A stretch of DNA of 64,000 bases from Candidatus Algichlamydia australiensis (lineage in GTDB: Bacteria > Chlamydiota > Chlamydiia > Chlamydiales > JAJFMI01), in contig JAXCHI010000002.1 of the NCBI GenBank assembly GCA_033977065.1, positions 26,901 through 90,900 of the forward strand. The letters run 5' to 3'. Of this stretch, positions 9,701 through 19,605 are shown one piece after another. The position numbers were made by a program, and so were the translations under genes. Within the stretch, counting starts at the first letter, position 1, and every line of letters starts with the position of its first letter. The notes beneath the pieces are model-generated. The model made no database searches and was not told where the DNA came from. It worked only from the letters and a program-made list of their open reading frames with translations.

Positions 9701-11158
9701 GCAAAATCCCCGATCTGCTTTGCAACAGAGGAACCGATACAGTTTGATTATAAATGGAGAGAAGGAACAGCAGTAAAAAATATCTCACTCAATGTTGATC
9801 AAGCAAAAATTCGCGTAGAAAAATTGCTCCACCGCAAAGGAGAGTGGCACTGCAGAGGAGTCAATCTCTTTCTGCCTCCCGACACCTTTCGTAAAGTTGC
9901 CCATCTCTCACCCTATCTGGATCCGATTCCTTGGGAGAATCAGATCGACCTCTCAGGTGATTTTAGTTTTGGCAGCGAAGGGATTTCTGCTTTGGGAACG
10001 ATAAAAGAGGGCTACTACTGGATAGGCGGACAGTCACTCTTTCTTGAGAAGGGAGCCTTCTCCATGCAACGCAGCAAACTTTTTCTGGATCTTACGACTT
10101 CGCTTCGGGAATTGCCCATTCAGTTAATAGGGGAAATTGATTGCGCTCACCACTTTCGCACGCAACTCAATCTCAAAACGGATCGCGATTTAGAAGGGCT
10201 GAAAATTGTAGGGGATTGGAAAAATGGTCCTATGATTGAGCGGGTAGAAGGAGAATTTTCCGGGCAGAAAGCCCACTTTATCGGGGCAAATATACCAGAA
10301 GAACTTGATGCCATTGCGCTCTCTGGAAACATCCATTTGGACATCCCTCAACTTTTGCCTCTCTTGCCCCTCAATGTACAAAAGAACCTGCAAAAGATGG
10401 AGTTAACGGGAGGTTATGAACTCTCAGGAGATTTGATTCTAGATCGTACAAAGCCTCTTGATGCTATCTTCCAAGGTTTTTTGAAAGGGCGCTACTTTGG
10501 TTTAAGTGGCAATCAATTTAAAACTCTACTGAGTGAAATTGAAATTACGCAAGACCGCATTTTTCTGCGCGATTTTAACCTCTCAGATGAAGCGATTCTG
10601 ATGAAAGTTAACCATGCACTCTTCTCAAGGAAAGAGAAAGATTGGCACTTTTTTATCCCAAAAATTGCTGTTCAAGACTTTCGTCCCTCGCTCATGCGCA
10701 AAAACCATCGACATGAAAAACGCATGAAACCCTTTACTATCCGTAAAATGGCCATTGAAAAATTAGAAGGCTCTCTAGGTGACCCGCACACGATCACGGG
10801 TCGCGGTTCACTCCACTTTATCAATACCTTCAAACGAAGCAATAATCTTCTTGATATACCTATTGAGATTATCTCCCGTCTCGGACTTGACCAATCGATC
10901 CTCATCCCCGTTATGGGCGATATAGATTTTGTTTTTGAAGATGGAGAGATGCAGCTTGTCAAACTCGACAACTGTTTCAGTGAAGGGCGCCACTCACGCT
11001 TTTCCCTCTCTAAAAATCGCCACTCTTACATCGGCCTTGATGGCTCTATTCATGTTGATATCCGAATGAAACAGCATGTGCTTCTACGCTTTACCCAACC
11101 CTTTATGCTTTCTCTGAGAGGAACCCTTGCTAAACCACGCTACTCTCTTAAAGGATGA
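6770..11158 (+). CDS. Large N-terminally anchored beta-rich envelope protein (AsmA/YhdP-like by architecture)
   Basis: 1462 aa; single N-terminal TM; amphipathic beta pattern; C-terminal LSLRGTLAKPRY resembles AsmA-family termini. Confidence 0.6.
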   Translation: MWKRKKLLFLIIPVLAVGLLFSFRRQVATFAFKSYLGRYVEGAGKCDLTFGEVTWEGKGFTIERFHLEKEGEYELKIRKLHFNFPRDLYLHRPKFKVCKTDGPAIRLKNRRHKGSSGNLIVEKGEIETPLSKAYFAYEDDILRCYFDDSEVLANFSTPQKKEFLTHISTRGADAAWLFGLLYPFVPTHDLELEKGKVKGELDWLVSKKESTAKGAFHFENLSAKRGDMEFFAENLHLLGTWPEAKVELTGGELELLSGNYHFSGLQGRYEQGDALYFSFEGECAHKNLSAPFFVQGQDFGDRLFANLLFDRSSLANIEVKGSDFCNCSIKVESPQILTSHVEWLSPISPLFHEITEGRFSGTVFTQIEQGACKEINACSIKGENFLFRDIEVEELLLTGWISIEKLARSRVKGEFLLKERGEGNFFYEMGEYDLSITAPPDLLVGKEKWTIPSLFLEAKGRIAGELITAKGRAHAGDESVDFSLLYEGDSLRKLSLRSDRISDPFYSYPLSLTGHEIDVKGELALRASFDKEKGTEFELLPIDLTYENEELILQVKGATIPSHFIFEPGKWKSEIILYGSELTEKSRDIHFTGLNGRLFLENGVGYSSWIEGEVEACHIGGELKFKEEQFVFRGKEFRGELSGLLTFLRHFEMFEDLETPLTGKFQSSGDGLTIIQEDEKREIQVAMCVEGGELPLTYDTSAKDLSCKILFDSQKKEFEVQDLTGKLHLFDTPVYGIDGRHLAINDGKLSFDLRVSNHVREIVKLVGSGIAPFSYLIDLDLEQSHLFGERFAKGSLELKPNGKIVALHTTFPLHLESLERQVLAHLPDLKEHRLEGRVDLSLTVEESGQKAALTLFGEKVSILERAYAPFSTLLIKEGKEIHLDHIRLGMHELQGEGEWRADQLDITKIVGFSPQGEITALSGNYNFAKNRGELTFASKNCNLQKVFPVLPCSVDAQAKLHFDLPAKSIEGEMELQSAKSPICFATEEPIQFDYKWREGTAVKNISLNVDQAKIRVEKLLHRKGEWHCRGVNLFLPPDTFRKVAHLSPYLDPIPWENQIDLSGDFSFGSEGISALGTIKEGYYWIGGQSLFLEKGAFSMQRSKLFLDLTTSLRELPIQLIGEIDCAHHFRTQLNLKTDRDLEGLKIVGDWKNGPMIERVEGEFSGQKAHFIGANIPEELDAIALSGNIHLDIPQLLPLLPLNVQKNLQKMELTGGYELSGDLILDRTKPLDAIFQGFLKGRYFGLSGNQFKTLLSEIEITQDRIFLRDFNLSDEAILMKVNHALFSRKEKDWHFFIPKIAVQDFRPSLMRKNHRHEKRMKPFTIRKMAIEKLEGSLGDPHTITGRGSLHFINTFKRSNNLLDIPIEIISRLGLDQSILIPVMGDIDFVFEDGEMQLVKLDNCFSEGRHSRFSLSKNRHSYIGLDGSIHVDIRMKQHVLLRFTQPFMLSLRGTLAKPRYSLKG

Positions 11159-11691
11159 GAGACTTCTTCTTTCCTAGAAGCTGTTTGCACTGCAAAGAGC
11201 CGCTCACAGGCAAAGAAAACTTTTTTTGTCCTGTATGTAGAGAGCTTCTGCAACTCCTCTCTCCTAAAAACCGCTGCCCGCGCTGCTTCCGCCCACACCT
11301 GCCCTGCACCTCCTGTCGCAAAAAACCGACAATTTGGACGCGCCGTGCCGCGCTCTTTGATGCAGCAGGTCCAGGCAAAAGTTTGCAGCTGGCGCTTCAT
11401 GAACCCGCTGTCCAGAAACTTGTCGTTTCGTTCATGATTCTCCAAATAGAAAAGCTACAGTGGCCCCAGCCAAATGAAATTCTTTGCCAGCCCTACACTT
11501 TTTTGCAGCGTGTAGCAAAAGGAGCCGATCCCGATCCTGAAATTGTGAAACAACTGAGAAAAAAATTGCGCCTGAAAAAATCGTTGGACACAACTATTCT
11601 TGTGGTGACTTCAGACGGAAGGGAGGTAGATGAAGACAAACTCTTGAGGCGCTTTCCAAAAGAACTCTTACGTCTCGATATCACTCGCTGA
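11155..11691 (+). CDS. ComF-like double zinc-ribbon protein
   Basis: FFPRSCLHC, FCPVC, CPRC, CTSC; the phosphoribosyltransferase part is degenerate. Confidence 0.7.
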   Translation: MRDFFFPRSCLHCKEPLTGKENFFCPVCRELLQLLSPKNRCPRCFRPHLPCTSCRKKPTIWTRRAALFDAAGPGKSLQLALHEPAVQKLVVSFMILQIEKLQWPQPNEILCQPYTFLQRVAKGADPDPEIVKQLRKKLRLKKSLDTTILVVTSDGREVDEDKLLRRFPKELLRLDITR

Positions 11692-14385
11692 AAGAGGGTG
11701 TTTCTTTAGAATGTAGGAGATAGCCCAATCGGTGAGGGGGTCTCTTTCACTGTTGCAAGCAAATATTGGGTTTAAAGCTCGAGGCAACCGATAAAATAGA
11801 GGGGGGACCCTATATATTTCTTGTGATTTCGATAGCAGTTTTTTAATAATCAGATCTTCCGTATAACCTGTCATTGAATCGGTAAAATACTCTTTCCAAG
11901 CTTCATTCATTTTTTTAATGGAGTCGACAGAGTATTTATCTAGAGAGATATCTTTTTTTTGAAAGACAGTAATTGGATCCCAATTTTGAATTGCACTTTC
12001 TAGAGGACCGTATAGGTGTGCATAAGGATCTGGTAGATCATCATGAAATTCACCTAAATGACCTGCCATTTCACTATTTTCTATTGAACAAATATTTTTT
12101 AGAATCGATAAAATTTTATCGTTTTCAAAATTTAGATCCTCTTCGTAGGTGATTCTTCTTAACTCCTGAATTCGATCATTTTGAGGATTTATGTCCCTCA
12201 TTAAAAATCGGGCGCATTGTTCAGCTGCGCCATTATGATCCTCTATGTCTTCTTTGCAAGAGGTTAAAAAATCACAGGCAATTTTGTTTTTTTCGGCGAT
12301 TTTCTCTTCTAAGAGATTTTTCTCTTCTAGTTGTATTGATTCATTTAAGAGAGATTTTTCTTCGGAAAAAGTTGAAATCGAATGGGGGATATCCCAGATT
12401 TCTAGCTCTTCTTCACAATTCAAAAGATTTTTCAATTCCCTCTTTAAGTGTTCAATAGATTCGTCATGTCCAATCAGACTCTTTGATAAAAGATGTCGGC
12501 AACATTGCATTGCAGTGGTAGCTACTTCTCGATAAGCTAAAATCGAATTTCTAGCAGAGCCAATAAAAGTTCCTGATGAAACAAGAAAAACAGACTTTGG
12601 AACTTTGCTGTTTCTTTTGTATTTAACCTTTGCAGATGTATCAAGAGGGTGATTGCTGACATGCAAAAGAAATTGTTTTCCAGCAATAGCTCCTTGCGGA
12701 ACCAGGGGCATTTTATCTATTGCCTCTTTAAAAGACCAAATACCTAATTCTACGCTAAGAAGCATGATATAATTCGCTGCGATTGAGGCGGTGTCATAAG
12801 CAGGTTCTTTACCTAAAATAAGAATGACCAAAAAGGGTAGGAGTGGCTTATAATCTTCTCCGCAATCTTCTCCTTGATAGAGCTTAAGAAGAGACTTGGC
12901 AAGAAAGGCATCTGTCGTTTTGCGTAATTTTTTAAGTTCGTCCCATTTGGATAAAATAGATATATCATTATTCTTACCCTTGCGGTAGGGCAAATCTTCT
13001 CTCTTTTGTGATGTTTCTGATGGACAATATACACGTCGACTGATATCCCCACTTTTTCCAATCTTTAATACTTCTTTAATTTGTGTTCCTTGAATGTTCC
13101 AATTGATTTCTTTTTCGTAGAGCTCTTTTATCAAGGAAGAAGAATTGGCATTGATTTTAGTTTTAGAGTAAGTACATATGAAATTGAAGATATCTATTTT
13201 AAATTCATCGAATAGATTCTTTAAATGATCTATGTTATCCATAGCTCGAAAGAATCGGGATTGGGCATCAATTTTTTTTGTTTCTTCTTCAAATTGTTTT
13301 TCGGTTTTAAGGCCTTCCTCTAATTTTTCGATTTCCTTAAGATCTAGATCATATTTTGTTTTGATATCAGTTACGCTATAATTGGCATCTTTTTCAAAAT
13401 TTTCTAAGATCGGAATGATATACTTATAGTTTATTGCGCCAGCAATAAGATTTTCTCTAAGATCATTAGGGATTTCAGCATTTGGTGATGTATTTCTTAA
13501 CTCTTTTAAAATACTACAAACAATTTCTTTTGTCTTTTCGTATATTTTTTTACTAATTTCTATTTCTTTTTCGAAGTTTAGCAATTCATTGTCTGCGATA
13601 GGATTTGACGGCTCTAGAAATATGAGATTATTTAGTTTGAGTTTCTTAGATTTAAGTCCAGGAAGGTACTCGCCTGTTTTTAGATTCAACAAAGGGCGAA
13701 GCTTTTTGCTATTATTATTTTCTTTAAAGGCAAGGCAGGTGATAAGAAGTTCCGCATCATCTACGGATATTTTATTTTCAGTCATTTTTGACAAAAGTAA
13801 CGGGTCGAGAAACTTTGTATTCGTCAAAAATAGTCGCAAGTGGTTCATATTATCAGGATCTTCTGGGCATATTTTTTTTGATAAGTAATGCTCGGCATGG
13901 CTCATAATATAGGAATTGAAGTTTGCAAGATCACGTGCAGAGTTGACATCGAACGATAATTTGCCTTCAATTTTGTTTGTGTCTGTTTTGTTTGTGTCTG
14001 CGGACTCGATCAGTAGCTTTTGTCCATACGAAAAAAGTTGAGAGAAGTGAACAATAGATCTATTTAATTTTTCTATGTATGGTAATTTTTTTTGTAATTC
14101 AAAGAGTGATTCCACATAAGGAGAGCGAGCCCATCTCACAAAGGTTTGGATAAAATGATCACCATATTCTGGGAAAGGTAGGTTATTAAACTCGGCTAAT
14201 TCAGCCCCTTCTTCAAGAGAGGAAGTGCTTCTCGAAGCATGGATCGTTTGAGCTTCTTCAGAGGATTTGCGAAGAGTTTCAGAGCACAAAGAATTTATTT
14301 TGCTAACAGTCTCATTTTTTGGAGTAGAAAAAGAAGTTGAGCTGGCTGCTTGTGAACTTCTAGAACCTGTTAATTGTACATCCAT
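11668..14385 (-). CDS. Large hypothetical protein, candidate type III-secreted effector
   Basis: 905 aa, AT-rich, Ser/Thr-rich N-terminus, coiled-coil stretches. Confidence 0.7.
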   Translation of the reverse strand: MDVQLTGSRSSQAASSTSFSTPKNETVSKINSLCSETLRKSSEEAQTIHASRSTSSLEEGAELAEFNNLPFPEYGDHFIQTFVRWARSPYVESLFELQKKLPYIEKLNRSIVHFSQLFSYGQKLLIESADTNKTDTNKIEGKLSFDVNSARDLANFNSYIMSHAEHYLSKKICPEDPDNMNHLRLFLTNTKFLDPLLLSKMTENKISVDDAELLITCLAFKENNNSKKLRPLLNLKTGEYLPGLKSKKLKLNNLIFLEPSNPIADNELLNFEKEIEISKKIYEKTKEIVCSILKELRNTSPNAEIPNDLRENLIAGAINYKYIIPILENFEKDANYSVTDIKTKYDLDLKEIEKLEEGLKTEKQFEEETKKIDAQSRFFRAMDNIDHLKNLFDEFKIDIFNFICTYSKTKINANSSSLIKELYEKEINWNIQGTQIKEVLKIGKSGDISRRVYCPSETSQKREDLPYRKGKNNDISILSKWDELKKLRKTTDAFLAKSLLKLYQGEDCGEDYKPLLPFLVILILGKEPAYDTASIAANYIMLLSVELGIWSFKEAIDKMPLVPQGAIAGKQFLLHVSNHPLDTSAKVKYKRNSKVPKSVFLVSSGTFIGSARNSILAYREVATTAMQCCRHLLSKSLIGHDESIEHLKRELKNLLNCEEELEIWDIPHSISTFSEEKSLLNESIQLEEKNLLEEKIAEKNKIACDFLTSCKEDIEDHNGAAEQCARFLMRDINPQNDRIQELRRITYEEDLNFENDKILSILKNICSIENSEMAGHLGEFHDDLPDPYAHLYGPLESAIQNWDPITVFQKKDISLDKYSVDSIKKMNEAWKEYFTDSMTGYTEDLIIKKLLSKSQEIYRVPPLFYRLPRALNPIFACNSERDPLTDWAISYILKKHPLSASDIET

Positions 14386-14462
14386 CCTAATCCTATAAAA
14401 GGTTTATGAGGAAGACTATAAATAATTCAACTTTAATATTCAATTGAATTAAAAATTTGTTT

Positions 14463-15821
14463 TTAGGCCTCAATATTACGGCGCGCCATCTGAATCTGGC
14501 GAGCTAACTTCTCATCTTTTTCGAGTAACCCGCGGACCTTTTTCCATGCATGCAGAAGGGTAGAGTGGGTTTTTCCACCAAAGGCGCTGGCTATTTTGAT
14601 GAGAGGATCGCTTAAAAGTTCTTTAGCTAAGTACATCGCAATTTGACGCGGAAGGGCGATCTCTTTCGCACGAGATTTTCCGCGAAGTTCGCTCTCGCGT
14701 ACATTGAAAAGGGTGGCAACAGCACGCAAGATGGTATCCGCATTGATATGTTTTTGCGGTGCGTACTGAAACATTTCGCCCAAACTTTTCTCTGCGACCT
14801 CTTCTGTGATATCAAGATCCATTACGCGGCAGTAAGCGGTAAGGCGATTGAGCGCACCTTCGAGCTGGCGCACATTGGTAAAGATATGTTCAGCAATGAA
14901 GAAGGCGACACCTTGTGGGAGGCGCAAACCGCGTGATTCGGCTTTATGTTGCAAGATGGCTACGCGTGTCTCGAGATCGGGCATACCGATATTAGCAACA
15001 AGGCCCCACTCCATGCGGCCGACCATGCGCTCGGAGAGTTTTAATTGGCCAGGGGGTTTATCTGATGTAATGACAATCTGCTTGCCCTGATTGATCAGCG
15101 CTTCAAAAGTGTTGCAGAGCTCCTCTTCAAAATTCATGCGCGATTGCAAAAATTGGATATCATCGACGAGCAGAACATCTAAAGAGCGGTAGAAGCGCTT
15201 CATCTTCTCAATCGACTTGTTTCTTAGTGCATCAACCAAAGCGTTAATAAAGCCTTCAGTCGTAATGCACTGCACTTTTAAATTCTTGTTGTGCTTCAAA
15301 ACTTCATGGCCAATGCCGTGCAAAAGGTGGGTCTTTCCAAGACCAACACCGCCATGTATGAACAATGGATTGTAAGAGCGACCAGGACGCTTAGCAACCC
15401 CCATTGCAGCCGATTTAACAAACTGATTGGCAGGGCCTTCAATGAAGTTTTCAAACAGATAATTGCGGTTGAGATTGGGAGAATGGGTGTTCTTTTTTTC
15501 CTCTTTTTTTGCTGTCTCTTTCTTCTTTTTTGTAGTCTTGATCACAAACTCAATAGCAGGTTCTCCCTCAGATTTTAACGGAAGAAAAGTAGCAAGATCT
15601 TGCTTGTAATTGTCTAGTAAATACTGCTGCACAAAGATGTTGGGAACTTCCAGTGAGACGACTTCATCTGAGATCGAAAGTAGCTTGACCGGTTTGATCC
15701 AGTTTGTGAATTCTGCACTTGAAGAGCGCTCCTTCATAAAGAGGAGAAACTGCTGCCAAGCATTTTCTTGATTTGATTTACTTGGTTCTAAAACAGAAAC
15801 GGGGTTTTCTTTTGCGAGCAT
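14463..15821 (-). CDS. dnaA: Chromosomal replication initiator DnaA
   Basis: [52 protein letters not shown]. Start placed at MLAKEN (uncertain). Confidence 0.97.
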   Translation of the reverse strand: MLAKENPVSVLEPSKSNQENAWQQFLLFMKERSSSAEFTNWIKPVKLLSISDEVVSLEVPNIFVQQYLLDNYKQDLATFLPLKSEGEPAIEFVIKTTKKKKETAKKEEKKNTHSPNLNRNYLFENFIEGPANQFVKSAAMGVAKRPGRSYNPLFIHGGVGLGKTHLLHGIGHEVLKHNKNLKVQCITTEGFINALVDALRNKSIEKMKRFYRSLDVLLVDDIQFLQSRMNFEEELCNTFEALINQGKQIVITSDKPPGQLKLSERMVGRMEWGLVANIGMPDLETRVAILQHKAESRGLRLPQGVAFFIAEHIFTNVRQLEGALNRLTAYCRVMDLDITEEVAEKSLGEMFQYAPQKHINADTILRAVATLFNVRESELRGKSRAKEIALPRQIAMYLAKELLSDPLIKIASAFGGKTHSTLLHAWKKVRGLLEKDEKLARQIQMARRNIEA

Positions 15822-16015
15822 AGTCATGATATCTACAGAAATTGGGTTTTTTGAACAATCCTTCCACAAAGATTGTTTCGTCCCTATTCGGCTGAGAATT
15901 TACCAACAAAAAGCCAAACTCGCAAGCTTTTTCTGCCAAATTTTTGTTGCGCTTAAGGGGGAGTTAAGAGGGGATAAATTTTCCAAAAAAAACACGAAAT
16001 GATAACGTTTCTCTG

Positions 16016-17854
16016 ATGGATGTAAGTATCAATGAATTGCTCACACGTTTGCAGTCATGCGATGAATCTTGTCATATTGAAGCAAAGGAATCTCGCAGCG
16101 CATTAGGCAAAAGCGCAAGAGAAACAATTTCTGCGTTTTGCAACGAACCTGATTTAGGTGGGGGGTATTTAATTTTGGGATCAAAACGCATTGATCAACG
16201 CTATGTCATAACAGGCATACAAAATCCTGACAAAGTGCAATGTGAACTTGCAAATGCTTGTAGGCAAGAGTTTAGTGTTAGGCTTTCTCCTAAAATTCGA
16301 GTTGAACAGGTAAATGGGAAAACTCTTATTGTTGCCTACATCCCTGAAGCCTGTTCTCGTGAAAAGCCGGTCTATATTAAAAGTTTTGGATTAGAAAAAG
16401 GTTCTTTTAGGCGGATTGGTTCAGCAGATCATCGCTGCACTTCTCACGATTTAGACTTACTATTCCAACTGCGAAGCAATATACCTTATGAAAAAGAGCT
16501 ATTGCCGGATGGAACTTGGGAAGATATTGATTCCGATGCCATCTCAACCTATCGTAGGAAGCGAAAAGAGGTGGATCCAGAGGCAGCAGAGCTTGCTCTT
16601 GATGATCAAGAATTGCTCGCCTCTCTACGCTGTCTTGTTCGTGATGGGAGAGCTTATATACCGAACATTGCGGGCCTTTTGCTATTTGGGACCAAAAGGG
16701 CTCTGCGTCGCATGATGCCTTCCGAAGCGCGGGTAGATTATGTCATTACTGGAGGACCTGAATGGGTAGGAAATCCTTCAGCACGTCACTTTTCCATTGA
16801 CTATCGGGAATCGCTTATAACACTATTGCCCAAGTTACATGCAGAGATTATGGGAGATCTCCCAAAACTTTTTGGTTTAAAAACAGGTGAACTACAACGA
16901 ACAGACACACCAATCATTCCAGGGAATGTCATTCGAGAAGCACTGTCAAATGCTATGATGCATCGAGATTACCGAGTCGCACAACCTACCCTTGTCATTC
17001 GCTATTCGAATCGACTTGAATTGAAAAATGCGGGGTATTCTCTCAAACCTTTTGAAGAGCTAGGACAATCAGGTTCTAGGCAAAGAAATCCGATAATTGC
17101 TTCCGTTTTTCATGAGTTGAAATATGCTGAAAATAAAGGAACAGGCATTGCTTCCATAAAAACTTGGATGAAAGAGGCGGGATTAACAACCCCACCAATT
17201 ATTGAAACAAATCGTGAAAGTAACGAATTTGACCTTGTGCTTCTTCCCCACCATCTTGTTGATAAACAAGATCTTGAATGGTTAACACAATTTGCCAAAG
17301 TGAAATTATCAGATGCTGAAAGACGCGCACTGGTGTTAACGCGAGAGATGGGAGCGATTACAAATCAAGATTATCGCCAGATTAATGGGATGGATACACT
17401 TGGGGCGAGCAAAGCTCTTGTTCACCTGCGCGATTTAGAGCTTCTTACAATGAAAGGTTCGGGCAATCGTACCTACTATATACTCTCTAATTTAGGTCGA
17501 ACCCCTCATATAAGCGCTATAAATGAGGGGTTAACCCCTCATATAAGCGCTATAAATGAGGGGTTCAAAGCATTACCTGAGGGGTTCCCTCCACTAAGTA
17601 AAGAGTTGATAAATGAACTTAAGTCTTTAAAAACTCGTACATCTCCTGAAAAGGTTAGAAGGTTAATTAAAGCGCTCTGCTCAATACAAGCTCTACAGCT
17701 TGCTCACTTATCTAAAATTTTTGATCGAGCTCCTCGTTATTTAAGAGATAAATTTTTAACTAAGATGATCAAGGCAGGTGAATTATCCTATAAATATCCC
17801 GATCAACCCGCTCATCCCAAACAAGCATATATCACACAAAATGAAGGTGAATGA
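16016..17854 (+). CDS. AlbA_2/Schlafen-domain protein with RecG-C-like (HATPase_c_4) and HTH domains
   Basis: ESCHIEAK...ETISAFCN...GGYLILG; REALSNAMMHRDY; RNPIIA; ENKGTGI; C-terminal P..P.HPKQAY. Confidence 0.85.
   Translation: MDVSINELLTRLQSCDESCHIEAKESRSALGKSARETISAFCNEPDLGGGYLILGSKRIDQRYVITGIQNPDKVQCELANACRQEFSVRLSPKIRVEQVNGKTLIVAYIPEACSREKPVYIKSFGLEKGSFRRIGSADHRCTSHDLDLLFQLRSNIPYEKELLPDGTWEDIDSDAISTYRRKRKEVDPEAAELALDDQELLASLRCLVRDGRAYIPNIAGLLLFGTKRALRRMMPSEARVDYVITGGPEWVGNPSARHFSIDYRESLITLLPKLHAEIMGDLPKLFGLKTGELQRTDTPIIPGNVIREALSNAMMHRDYRVAQPTLVIRYSNRLELKNAGYSLKPFEELGQSGSRQRNPIIASVFHELKYAENKGTGIASIKTWMKEAGLTTPPIIETNRESNEFDLVLLPHHLVDKQDLEWLTQFAKVKLSDAERRALVLTREMGAITNQDYRQINGMDTLGASKALVHLRDLELLTMKGSGNRTYYILSNLGRTPHISAINEGLTPHISAINEGFKALPEGFPPLSKELINELKSLKTRTSPEKVRRLIKALCSIQALQLAHLSKIFDRAPRYLRDKFLTKMIKAGELSYKYPDQPAHPKQAYITQNEGE
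17500..17565 (+). repeat. Perfect 2 x 33-bp tandem repeat of a palindromic unit, in frame
   Basis: AACCCCTCATATAAGCGCTATAAATGAGGGGTT twice; encodes TPHISAINEG twice. Confidence 0.95.
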
Positions 17855-18111
17855 ATGAACTTTGTTCTTCCGGGTTCAGAATTACTTAAGGCAGCTCTTA
17901 TAGAGGAGATAGAAAAACCGCTCACCACTGAAGAGATCAAGGCTGTTGAAGTATTTAAGGAAACATCGCAAGCTTGTTCTCAAGCGTTGCATCAACAAGT
18001 GGGTGGAAAACCAATTACGCAAGCCGAAGTTATTGAAAAACTTGCATCTCACTTTGCCTCTAGAGGTTTTTCCGAAACACCCAATAATCAGTATTTAAGA
18101 GCTTGCTTGAG

Positions 18112-19520
18112 GATAAAGCAACACTTTGTCTGTAAAATTTGAAATCTGTTTCTCTTAAGGTGTTTTTTTACACCCTATTTTTGCCCGTTCAGCCATCTGC
18201 CTGCTCCCAGCTATCTAGGGGCTTCTCGCAGGCAGCTGACTTCTCTTGAGGCTTATTTTAGCCTAGATATTTCCTCCCACTTACCCATCCTTCATGGATT
18301 TCCACTACTACTGCTGTTGTCAATCTCAGTAGTGATTCTGTGTTCGGAAATACTCCTATTACTCTTGCTCTCCTTCGGAGTTCCCTATTTAATCTCTCCG
18401 ACAAATTGTTTGTTCTCAGCTTTTTTCTCTCTCTTTTTGGATGCTCATAGTGCGTCAGCCCTTCTTCAAAATTCTCCTCTAGCCAAACGCTAAATTCTGA
18501 CGCTCTCATTTCGTACTTCTTTACTACTCTTTGCAGGCGCTCTCTTGCTTCTTCTTTGCTTGCCGCTAGGTAGATATCTCTTACATCATCTGCTATTTCT
18601 CCTCTCATTTGATTCGATTTCGCGTAATGTTGCGCGTTTTGCGTTAAGTGAAATAGGCATCTTTGCCATTTCACGGATGGCAATACTGCCTCTCTTGCTT
18701 TTGAGAGTCCTGTGTGGGCGTCACTGATGATCAGTTCTACTCCGCATAAACCTCTCTTTAAGAGCTTTTCTAAAAAACTCCTCCAGTGTACTTCTGCTTC
18801 TGATAGGCTACAGGATATTCCCACTACCTCTCTGTAGCCCTCTTCATTCACTCCTATTGCTGTTAGTATTGCTACACTGCGGACGCATCCATCTACTCGT
18901 GCTTTTTCATATGTAGCATCCAGATAAAGGTACTTGATTTTACCAAGTGGTCGATCTCTAAATTTTTTTAGCTCTTCGTCTAGCAGAGCAGTTAGCCTCG
19001 AAACCTGGCTTGAGCTCACCTCATGATCGCATAGCTTATCTGTGATCTTTTTTACTTTTCTTGTTGATACTCCTTTGATATACATCTCTGCTATTGCCAA
19101 TTGGAGCGCTCTTTCTGAGCGCATTCCTTTCTCTAAACAACTTGGATAAAAAGGCTCATCTCGTGTCTTTGGGACTTGCAAATGCAGTTTTCCACACCGC
19201 ATTTGCAGCGTTTTATTCTTAAATCCGTTAGCATAGCCTTTACGTTGCTCACTCCTTTCATACGGAGCTGCTTGCAGAACTTGATTTCGCTCTATGAGCA
19301 TAAGCTCATTGAGTAGCTTTTCTAAAGTGGGTGTGAGACACTCTAGCCCGCTCATAGCAAGTTCGTGTAATATCTCTGCTACCAGAGGTGAAAGTGTTTG
19401 GTTTGAGATCATTTGATTTTCCTTTTGTTTGTTCAACTTAAGAGAATCTGATCTCAAACCTTTTTTTTCAACCCCGAGTTTCCTCGGAATTTGAATTTAC
19501 AGACCTAATGTTACACTACC
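18112..19520 (-). mobile_element. IS256-family insertion sequence (1409 bp) with 8-bp TSD
   Basis: Imperfect TIRs GATAAAGCAACACTTTGTCTGTAAA (from 18112) and TTTACAGACCTAATGTTACACTACC (to 19520); TSD TGCTTGAG at 18104-18111 and 19521-19528. Confidence 0.93.
18258..19412 (-). CDS. IS256-family (Mutator) transposase
   Basis: EMYIKGVSTRKV, YLYLDATY, IISDAHTGL, WQRCLFH, RTNNLSERLNRELRRR. Confidence 0.95.
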   Translation of the reverse strand: MISNQTLSPLVAEILHELAMSGLECLTPTLEKLLNELMLIERNQVLQAAPYERSEQRKGYANGFKNKTLQMRCGKLHLQVPKTRDEPFYPSCLEKGMRSERALQLAIAEMYIKGVSTRKVKKITDKLCDHEVSSSQVSRLTALLDEELKKFRDRPLGKIKYLYLDATYEKARVDGCVRSVAILTAIGVNEEGYREVVGISCSLSEAEVHWRSFLEKLLKRGLCGVELIISDAHTGLSKAREAVLPSVKWQRCLFHLTQNAQHYAKSNQMRGEIADDVRDIYLAASKEEARERLQRVVKKYEMRASEFSVWLEENFEEGLTHYEHPKRERKKLRTNNLSERLNRELRRRARVIGVFPNTESLLRLTTAVVVEIHEGWVSGRKYLG

Positions 19521-19605
19521 TGCTTGAGGCTGTTTCTATATCAAATTAAAGTAAAAATAGGACCAGAACAACGATTTATTCTGATTTCAAGAGTTATTTC
19601 TGCAT

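Noticed and set aside
14386-16015. oriC next to dnaA
   Set aside because: No cluster of TTATCCACA boxes is visible; Chlamydiae have two dnaA genes and oriC need not be adjacent.
17500-17565. Possible mini-CRISPR (33-bp palindromic repeats)
   Set aside because: The units are adjacent with no spacer, lie in frame within a CDS, and no cas genes are present.
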